From the NCBI RefSeq assembly GCF_037042905.1, contig NC_087259.1, positions 9,176,001 through 9,240,000 of the forward strand: a stretch of DNA of 64,000 bases, in the 5' to 3' direction. Both the position numbers and the translations under genes were made by a program. The DNA comes from Lytechinus pictus. Lineage: Eukaryota. Each line of letters starts with the position of its first letter. The first letter of the stretch is position 1. The notes under the pieces are model-generated. The model did no database searches and was not told the origin of the DNA. It was given only the letters and a program-made list of their open reading frames with translations. Below, in pieces: positions 25,701 through 37,200 of this stretch.

Positions 25701-28700
25701 AGAGTGAGACAATAGGCGCCGCTTTTCCGACGACGGCGTCGTCAAAATGTATTACTGAACATCCTGCCTAAATTGAGGTCACATGACCGAGGTCAAATGT
25801 CAGTTAGTGTCAATGAACTTTATAGACCATGTTGATGGAATCAACATCAAAATCTTAACCGAAGGTTAAGTTTACAAATGCCATCATGACTTAAAAAGTA
25901 TATAGACCTAGTTTATAAAAACTTGGGCAAAAGGGTAGTCTAGTATTTCTGAACATCCTATCTGAGTTTCAGGTCACAATGTTCAAGGTCAAAGGCCATT
26001 TAGGGTCAATGAACTTTGGCCATGTTGGGGGTATTTGTTGATTCTCATAACTTTCAAAGTTTATGGATCTAGTTCATGAAATTTGGACATAAGAGTAATC
26101 AAGCATCAGTGAACATCCTGCGTGAGTTTCAGGTCACATGACCAAGTTCAATGAACTTTGGCCGTGAGGGCCAAATATGAACAATACGGTAATCAAGTAT
26201 CACTCATCGTCTTGCATGGTCACACCATCAAGGTCAAATGTCATTTAGGGTCCCTGCACATAGTATTTTATTATCATATGAATGATGTTTTTGTGAATTA
26301 TTATAGTATAGTCGTTTTCATAGTCAGTACTGCCGCTATATGCAGGCGAGACTGCCAGAGGCGCTCCACTTGTTAATATTATATTCTAAAAGCAAGAACA
26401 TACACAGTTTTTCACCCTTTTCACTTCATCGGGGCCTCCGTACGTACCTCATATCAGACGGTAGAGAAGAACCTGTGAGGGTAGCCAGGGTAGCACTTCC
26501 GGGAGACGACGGGGATTCTCCGATACCAATTCGGAGAAAATCACAGCATGATTCAAGCTTGAAGTCCAGAAAGTCAACTATAACATCGTAGCCTGGAGGA
26601 GCAGTGATGTACCAGTTATAGCGAACGTTGTTTGGATGATTCGAAGGATAGTTCTGAGAGGAGACGGTCTGAGCAACCCCAACCGCCAGAGTCACATTCT
26701 CCTCTGTTGGACAAATGTTAGAAAGTTTCACGTCATTTCACTGAGGATATTCATTGCTGCTACTTATTTTATTACAAGGGATACATATTATTCAAAAAGG
26801 AAAGTGGGGATGTGACATCATCAGCTCACCTAATGCATATTTATGAAGATGTGCATATAACTAATTTTCCAAAATATTTCTCAACTTTAAGATTCGATAT
26901 TTTGTTACCAGACGTTGATGGACTTTTCATCATTTTGCTCTGTGAATTTTAATATATTGGATGTCAATATTTTTCAGACATAAAATGGAGGGATGTAGCC
27001 GTAACTTTGGGTGTAATGGAAATTGAGGATCGGAAGGCAGAGGGAGGTCCAATTTCCATGGTGCGAGATTCAACCTCCTCTTTTATTACACTGTAAAATA
27101 TGGACAAATTTGAAGGATGTGCGTTGTTGGCTCAGTCGGTAACGCGTCTGCCCGTCGAACCAAAGATCGTGGGTTCGAGTCCACCCCGGGCGGATGACTG
27201 AAGCCAGTGCGTTGTGTGTAAACGTCTCTCCCATGTTTCATAGATGCAGGCTATGTTACAATGGAAAACACTCCGTCCCTCGGATAGGACGTTAAATGGA
27301 GGCCCCGTTTAGAGGAGAGTCACCACCTTTGCACGTTAAGAACCCACTGGACTATTCGTATAAGAGTCGGGGGGAAACCCCGGTGTAGTGGTCCACCTGC
27401 ATTCCCCCAATCAGTTATATCGGGAGGAGAGACCTGCGAGTCATAGTGATTCAGTTCGCTTTTCTCCTCCCAGGCACAGGTGCCGCCAAAACAAATTATA
27501 ATAATAATAATAATAATAATACTATTAATAATAACAATGCAAGTGTGTGTCATGTGTGTGGGTTGTTTTTTGTGCGAGTATGTCATGTCAACAATGGCTC
27601 TTAGCAGCACTTTAAATATTGACATGCAATTGTGTCGTGGGAAGACCGTAGATTTTCTTATTTTCCAATAAAACATGCAGAAGAAATTGAATCTTGTTAA
27701 AATCAGTTGATCATTTCACATAACCCATTTCCGATGTCCACCATTTGTTTTCCTTGTCCACTGTTTAACTTGGCAACTTGACGTTAACTCGAATATATAC
27801 GCACCTCCGACGTAAGGTGAGTTTGGTGTGCCCCACACCCATGTTGTATAATCAGGGCCATCTGGGGTCGGTCCTGAAATGAGAAAATCGAAAGGTATAG
27901 GCCTATTTGTTTTGAATATGAGGGACAATGCTTCTCCCCTACCCTCAACGTGATAGAAACGTATTCAAAAGCCGTCGTGCAATACTTTTGAACGCTGGTA
28001 ACCAAATAAACTATGTTTTTTCAAGGTTTCAAGGTTATTCGACAAGGTTTGAATCTGAATGATTATAGGCCTATGCATTTAAAACTGTTATTTGTTCATG
28101 AAATATCGATTTGTGGTTTACTATGACAAGCCCGTAGTCAGGGGGGGGGGGGTGGTTTGGGGGTTCGATTACCCCCCTCCCCTAAATGTTAAATAAACCC
28201 AGAAAAATAGGGGAGGGAAAACAATCTTTATAGGGGACAAAATGCTAGCCATTTTTGAACGATGACCCTTTTTTGTCAAATATTTCGGAGACGAAATGGC
28301 CAAGATTTTAGACCGATCGCAACGGGCTATGGCATTTTATGGGTTGTATGATCTAACAATGGATGTAGCGTTCACCAAACAGGACATGTATGTATTAGTT
28401 CAGCGCGTTTCTGTGTTTTACCATGGACCTATGAAGAGATGGACATTCATCGCTTTAATAGGTGACTGTAATTGTCATCTAAATAAAATTATCTTCATAC
28501 CAGTGTTTTTTGGTCCTATGATCGTCACCGTGAGAAAGGACCGAAGCAGTTCGTGACTGGACATTTATATTTCACAAATTATATGCGCAATAGATAACAA
28601 ATCACTTAAATCATGGAAAATCGACGTGCAGTTATTGATTACCTTTGGTAATCTTAGTTCCATGTGTTTTATTTGGGGAAATGTCTGCATATTTTAATAT

Positions 28701-31224
28701 AGAGGTAATATTGTGATTGTTTACCATTTAAAATGTAATTTTCCCAAGTTTCTCCATAACATTCCAGAAATACGTGGTACATAACATAAATAGATCGTGT
28801 ATCTCTCAATGTTATTAAGGTCCTTATGTGTGAGCGGTAGTTAGCGGATCGAATAATATCATATTTTATATCATAAAAATCGTCTGCTTCTCAAGTTTGC
28901 TGCTCTACATATGAAGCATGTTGACTGAAAGGCACATGCTGAAACAGGGTATCAGCCAACAAAAATCAAGACCGGGAAACTGTTCCGTCTTTGGGTAATC
29001 AGATACGCCTTGGTAGTCAGGGTAAATGCTATTTTTACAACGCATGTATGTCCTCTTTAAGATGCGCATAACCAGGCGACGGTGACTATCATTGGACCAA
29101 AGAAATGCTTGCGTTAATCGTCCATCTCTTCATAGGTCCATGGTTTTACCGAATGTTTTCTGTATTGAATAAGAAGCGGTGAAACGAGTGACATGGACTT
29201 ACTATCGGTATTCCACCACCACCATGGAGTCGTTTGTGGTTGCCATCTATTTTCCGTAGTAGATTCAGGTCCTGAAACAAACAGAAATAGTGAAAAGGAA
29301 TTTTATGATAGTTGATAACTTACACCTATATTCCAACAGGTAAAGCAAACAGGTGACAAACACAGTACTTATAAGAGTACCGAAGTGTGACGTCAGTTGC
29401 CATGGTGTCATGGCGGGCTGGTTCTAAACAGAGTCGCAGAGTACACATTTGTATGACACGCAGGCGACCCGTTCCAAGGACCCCCGTTTTCACAAACATT
29501 TGTAGTTCCCTCCTTTTTGCAATAAGCCCGCTCCAGAGCCCCCATTTTTTGTCTCGCCCGCGGCACATACATACCCCTTTTTTGGTCGAGTACGTGGTGA
29601 AACTCGTGGTGAGGAGATGGTCTGAAAAATAGGCTGCAAGCGATCAAATTCCGATAGCAGTCATTTTCTCCTATGAAAAACACACGCTTTCATTCGGCGG
29701 GTTCATTTGTTTTAGAACCAGGCCGCCATGACACCATGGCAACTGACGTCATCGCTTCGGTACTATATGCATACTTTAATTTACCGTATACCTTCTGTTA
29801 AAATTAAATTAGAAGTGATGGGAGTGAAGAAGACTTACGATCGGTATTCCACCACCACCATGGAGTCGTTTGTGGTTGCCAATTATTTTCCGTAGTAGAT
29901 TCGGGTCCTGAAACAAACACAAATCAGGAAAAAGGGAATTTCATAACATTTAATTCACAGATAAACCTTTATAACATAACGTTACATACATTTGTGCATA
30001 ATATCCGTGCGTTCTTTTACCAAAGGGTCTTTTGTGAAATCAAAGCGGCCTGTCATTGACAAATCATGGGGGAATTGAATCAATGACGAAATTTGCAAAA
30101 GGCCAATTGACTTGCATACTATAATCTGTCCGTCATGAGAGCCTGTCGGACTAATGCGATAAAAGTTCGGACAGCGCAAATTTGACCAAACTCGTGATCG
30201 TTGTTACTTCGGGTTTTCGCAGTTCTAGTTTCCAACAATCCCGATTCCTAGACTCTTAGCAGGTCTCTTGATTGCTAAACCAACTCTTTGAAGTTTTATG
30301 TTTCAAAGTGAAAAAAATGCAGTTTACTTTGGTTGGTTAGTCTACTAACTATTGCTCTCCTACATTTGACCTCCCAGACATGCCGGCGGCTATTACATAA
30401 CACCCCAGGCATGCAGCCGAGTGAAAACTTGAATCCCTTCTCTGTTCCGAGATTGGCCTTGATTTCCCTATGATTTGTCAATGGTAGGTTGCTTTAAATT
30501 AGAAGTGATGGAATTAATGATGTGGACTTACGATCTGTATTCCACCACCACCATGGAGTCGTTTGTGGTTGCCACCAACTGTCTGTAGTTGACTCAGGAT
30601 CTGCAGCAAATTCAAATCATAAAAGGAATATCATAGATCCTTGCTAATGATGTTGCCCTTTGTAACCGATGCGAGGGAACATAGGTAAGAGGCTTTTCCC
30701 GAAAGTGTTTAATCCTTCCAGTGAATATGCCATCACCGTGTTTGGAAGAATCAGGGTAGAGGAAGGAAGAAACGGGAAAGAAAGAAAAAAAAAAGACCAT
30801 AGAAAGGTAATACCTTGGTCACATTTGCTCTACGGCGGCCGTACGGCGAGTCGAAAACAGCCGTTTTATTAATTTTGATTCAAACCACCTAAATGTAGTT
30901 GGACAAACAATGACCATGGTATAAACGAAGAAACGGAACGAAACCTTTATTTCGTGCCCTGTCTTTCCCTCCTTTCACCGTCTTCTGTTTTTTCTTTCAA
31001 TGATTTTTTTGGCTACCCCAGCCCGCCCAAAAAACATGAATTCAGTTGGCTTAGACTTACTATCAGTATCCCATTGTCCAGTTGGTTGAGGCGTTGGTGT
31101 AGAATCTAGAAAGAAATGACAATGAAGAGAAATATAACCGAAAAAGGCATAGCTCCGTATGAATACAGAATAGGAAGAATCAAACCCGGTACTAAACAGG
31201 AACTAAGTTAACAATAGATAAAAT

Positions 31225-31261
<37 letters not shown>

Positions 31262-34200
31262 CCACACACACCTATATATACATACACACATACATATTGT
31301 GATGCCAAGTTAATGTTTGTGGCCATCATGGTCTTAATTTTGCTTCACGAGATGAACATGAATGAAAAAATATGTTTTCCTTGTGTTATTTGAAGCCCAT
31401 CCCAACGTTCATTATGCTCGCATAACTGAAATAGAACAATGAAGGAATGATTACCGAACATCAGTCATAACACTAAAGTGAAACTACTCGTAATTTTTTT
31501 TAACAATTAGGTTTTGTCAGCAATCTTAAATAACAACATTTGAAATATTACGAAAGTGATGTGGCTTTGGATTCCACAGTGAAGTCCAGTCCTGATGTGC
31601 AAATGAGCTTTCCACAAAAACACAATTTGAATAGTACTTAGAAATTGATACAAACCGTTGCAGAATTGGACATAATCATGACAGCAGTCACCGGCTACTT
31701 GACAGATAGAATCGCAGTAGCAACCCCCCATGTTACCGCATCCACAACACCTTTGGCAAGACGTATCTTTTAATAAAGTAATAGAAAACATCAAAGTGAT
31801 ATTAGCCTTTCTAACGGAATACGGCCCCGTATCGGCCTATGCTACCACTGGCATGGTTTCTTTTAAAAAAGGATACAAATTTCTAGATTTTAATGTCAAA
31901 CGACACATCTAAGAAAGGATCGTGTTTAAATGCAGTTCAAAAAATCTAACGCAAGTCTCTCATTGAGTGTTTCTGGTTAGTTGAATATTATTTTGTTTTT
32001 GAAGTTTGCAGTCACATTTGATTGCAACTCCTTCTGCAAAGGTCACCAGGACCCATCGCCTATGTTTCACATTATCATGGTTATTGGTGTAAATATTTTC
32101 TCTTGTAAAATAATTTATTCTCGAACAGTACGGTCATCATTTCTAGTAATGTTAAAGGACAAGCCCACCCCAACAAAAAAGTTGATTTGATTAAAAAGAG
32201 AAAATTCCAACAAGCATAACGCTGAAAATTTCATCAAAATCGGATGTAAAAGAAGATTTTTTTTTACATTCTAAAGTTTCGCTTAAGTTCACAAAACAGT
32301 TATATGCACATCCCGGTCGGTATGCAAATGAGGAAAGTGATGACATCACTCACTCACTATTTCTTTTGCATTTTATTATATAAAATATGAAATATTCTAA
32401 TTTTCTCCTCATTGTCCTGTGAAACAAAGTTTTATTTCTCCCTGAACATGTTGAATTACCATTGCTTAACATTTTATGGTTCAGTCAAGTTGGTCCTTAT
32501 TGTCAAATCTACAAAAATAGAAATTATGTATAACTCGAATAATGAAAAACAAAATAAATAGTGAGTGAGGGACATCATCGATTCTCTCATTTGCATGTGA
32601 CTAAATTGTGCATATAACTATTTTGTGAAAAATAAACGAAACCTTAAAATGTCATAACTTTCTTATTTTACATCCGATTTTGATGAGATTTTCAGCATTA
32701 TGCTTGTTTGATTTTTCTCTATTGATTCAAATCAACATTTTTATGAGGTGGACTTGACCTTTAATGAATGACGAATGATTCAGCGACACCCCATCTATGT
32801 CTAATTTGAATAATGACACGCACTAGCGTACCTAAGGGGGGAGAGGGGGCAGACTGCCCCCCCCTGACGAGTCACAACTCATGCAGGGGACGTACCCCTG
32901 CCCCCCTGACGAGTCACAAGTGATCCAGGGGACGTTCCGCCCCCCATTTTTTTTGCTTGTCAATGTCCTTTATTTGTGGTTGAAGACCTTTTTTTTTTCC
33001 TTGTCAAATTTTTTCGCGGACGAAATATCCTCCAAAAAATTTGCCCCCCTTTTGGAAAAATCCTGGGTACGCCGCTGAGGACACGTATGTAATTCGTACT
33101 GTAGGATGAAAATCTCAATGCAATCTGGATTTGATGTAAATTTTGAAAACCGGCGTTCGCAAATAGTCGCCCATATGAATAAAATGTCATGTACTAACCT
33201 GGGGTTACATGTATGCCGTATGGATTCTGGAAAGTATCTGAATACTGTAAAGTATAGTTGTTGTCATAGAGTGTTGTGAAGCCAATTGCATCCAGATTCC
33301 AATCCGTCCATGCTATAGTGTAATTATTGATGAAAGCCAGGTCGTAAGGATGAATCGAAGATGTCGATAAATGAGTATCCCTGTAGTTGCCCCAAAGGTC
33401 AGCAGATTCGATTTTATCTGTTGAAGCGTCGCACCAGTAAATTCTGCCACCTGTTGGATGTTTTGTGAGCAGTATTAGAGACTAAAAACTGAACAATAAA
33501 GTAAAACCGTCGCCTGCCAGGAAGGATGCTATTGTTAAAATTATCTCAATTTCCCCGCCATTTTTCAATTGTAAAAATTGAAAAAGCTGTCATGACCTTT
33601 TCCTTCTACCATGCAATCTCGAACTTCGATGTGATGTCAGTATGGCGCTACAGGCTACATAACAAAAAAGACGCGAGCACCTTGATTCCAACGTGCTTAC
33701 GCACAAAGACCGATTCGCAACAGTGACCTTTTTCAAGGAACCGGATTGCACATGTTTGTTTCCTTGAAGAAAGATTATTTGAAAACCGAATCAGAAAATA
33801 TCACTGAAGAAAAAATTTTGCTCCTACAGAAAGTGTAAGAGCTTGGATGGAAAAAACCAATACACCACCAGCAGCTTAAAACTTCGGTTAAACAGTTTTT
33901 CTCAAAAAATGTAGATATCGCGCCCATGCGCTTCAGCGGCCTTTTTCCAGAGAGAGTTTAACCCCGGAAGCATCATTTGTGGACACGTTTGCTATCAATG
34001 ATGTATTATGGAAAAACACCCACACACTGAAACGCCCACCCTCCCATTCACCAAACATACCCACATACATTTATTTTGTGTGAATGACCAAATCACTAAT
34101 TTTGTTATTATACAGCTGACAAAAATGCGTGGAGAACCGATATTTGATAATGAAACCTTACCGTAGCTATTGAGATCCAACCCATTTGGCCAAACGACAC

Positions 34201-37200
34201 TGGAGTTAACAATGACACTTCTGTTCCCGCCATCAAGGTTTGCTCTCTCAATTCGTCCTGGGTCACCCCAATCTGTCCAAAACATCACTCTGAATAAGAT
34301 AGAAAATACTGAGGGTTAATAATGAATATTATTTTAAAAAATGATTTGTTGCTGTACTTTATTTATTTGTATTCTTTTAGAGAATCAGGAACTTGGGCCT
34401 ACTGGAGAACGGAGAACTTAAATCACCTCGACCTCCCGAAGATCCATCTTTTCATATGGATTAAATCCCGAAAATCCTCTAAATGTGTAGGTCCGCGTCT
34501 AGTCTATGTCCTGGTCAGACACACTCAGGCGTGTGTTTGATTGAATCCAAAAACGTGGACACTAATCAGAAACACTTCATGAGAAATGAGGACACCCTCA
34601 AACCTTGGACTATCCACGGTAAGAAAGGTAGAGCAAAATAACGCAAGTACACTGTGCATGCATGTGGCAAAGCAACAAAAAAATAACGATGCAATTGTAA
34701 GTTTTCACACCCTAATTGAGGACCTGTCCCCGTTTAGCAGTGAAATATCTGTGTGTGTAATCATCCACGTGTATGTGTATGGTAAAGAGCGCGGGGGGGG
34801 GGGGGTTTACTCACCCCATATTTTTGTGTACAACGATTGCACGTGGCTTAGACAAGTCTGTATTAATGAGAGTTTCCACGTTTGATCCGTCGAGATTAGC
34901 CGACATGATTTGGTCATAGGTTTCATCGGTCCAAAATATTTTACCACGACCCGTATCCAATGCAATGCCTTCTGCTCCTGATGTAAAAAAAAGAGAGTAC
35001 AAGAAAGATGATTGAAAGATAAGGAATGCAAACAGCAAATAAAAAGCTAGGTAAGGGAAATTAAAAAGTAACTATGAAGATTTTTTTAAAGTAAATATTT
35101 AGGGAGCTCTATCTTGATTTTACGTCTCACCTGCATCAACAGCACATCGGCGGCTTCAGTCGTCCAACAATACGACGCTCTACGGATTCATGAAGTCTGT
35201 TAATCTATTGAAAAACCCATTAAATGACAATGAACAGCTGGGAGGTCTTTGTAAAAAAAATCGTCCTAAGATTTGGAGCTGACGAAAAATGGCAAATAAT
35301 GTCGTTTTTTTCCAGATTCCAGGACGAAACTGGTGCTTTGATTCACCATTCTTCCACAATGAATTATTGGTTATTCATTGTCATGAAGGTTTTTTGACAA
35401 TACATTTTCTTTGTTTTTTTAATACGTCGTGCATCGTTTAGCGGAAACTCCCGATTGATGGAAGACTGAAGACACCGATGTGCTACAGATGCAGGTGAGA
35501 CGTAGAATCAAGATAGAATTGATTATCAAACATGACGCGAATTGAGAACAAAGAAAGAAGCACATCATTGATTCGAAAGGACTAAAAGGTGATGATAGAG
35601 AAGATAACGATAATATAAAATAAAAACAAAATAAATACATAGATTGGTATCGACGACAGTGATAGTGTGGTGATGATGATGCTTTTTATAATGAGAGAAC
35701 CGAGGACCGATTTAGAATTGTCGCATGGGGAAAATGAAAAAGATGCACCGAGCAAAGAATCTAATACAGCCTCAAGAATTCTATTTCTGCCGATTTTCTT
35801 GTATTATCCGACACTTCTGCCGTGGTAACGTTGTAAAATCTTGAGAAAACGATCCGAAGAAATTGTTTGCGTTTTGAGGTATTGCTATCGGAAAAGAAGA
35901 TGGCGGGTTGCGCACGGAATGATTTGATGATCCTTTAAAGGTAAAAGACAGTAGTTGCAGCAAACGATTATTTCATGAGAAAGTCTTTTAAATCAAGGTT
36001 AGTTGTCAAAATATTATCTTAAATCTAGATATGGTACATTAATGTAAACTTATCTTTGTAAAATAATGAAATCCCCGCTCTTGTTTAATTGATTGTTTAA
36101 TAATCATAATTGGTAAATACTATACATATATATTGATTAGAGGTTCTCTTTTGGAAACTGATCACACACATTTACTATTAACTAAAATGACATTGCACAT
36201 GCATACCCTCTTTCGATCCATTACTAATCTTTTGCCGATAACTACATTTTTAACCAACTATAATTATTTCATAAAATTGATAATTCTTAAACCAGACTTT
36301 AACTTTGACTTGTAATTCAAATAAACTTTAAATTGTGCGTGAATCATGTATACCTGGTTTAAAATAATTTCTTTATGTTGACATGTCTTCATCATTTTTT
36401 GTTTTTTTCTGTGTATACATTGTATCTGCATGTGTGTAAACCAGTGAAAATAGAATTTCCTTTATTGACAATAAAGTTATTCAATTCAATAATTCAGATG
36501 ATCACTAACACAGAAAAGCACATGTGGGACATAGTATTATTGCTTCGAAAAATACCCGACATTTGATGGAATTCCGTGCTTATTTTGCTCATTTCTCAGC
36601 AATCACGCATTTTCTTCCAAAGGTATTTGGCATATGATTTATTTATACATACAAACACTTTGGTGGTAATTCCATTGGATTCTGTTCGAACTAATTTGAG
36701 ATCGCCGGTTACCATAACTGGTGTTTATCTTTAAATGACTAATTACTTACTGCCCACAGAACTGTCGAGGATCACGCTCTGCATAGTACCATCAATTTTT
36801 GCACGTCGTATCGTTCCAGCCAAGTCGCTCCAGTACACCATACGAGTTTGAGGATCGTAATCCACATCCAGAGGTTGGTTCACCGACCCGATGGGCAAGG
36901 CAGAGAAGGTCAGAGATTCGAAATCTCCGCTGGAAAAGTCGGCCATGAAGATTTTACCCAGTGATTTGTCTGCTACAAATATCATCGCCTCCGCTGTAGA
37001 TGGCATGGGGAACACCGCAAATTAAAAGAAAGGATTACGAGGATACAGTTCAAAGTAAATATAAATTTAAGAATGTGGCCCGGTTATTGCTACGTTTCTT
37101 TTGCTTACTTATTTATTATTATATATCTATACATGTACAAAAAATCTGAAAAAATGCTTTTCAACAATGCCCTGCTGAAAAGAAATAAAGAAAGAAAAAA

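Noticed and set aside
29203-30600. CRISPR-like repeat-spacer array
   Set aside because: The repeats are AG/GT-bounded coding exons 600-700 bp apart in a eukaryotic gene.
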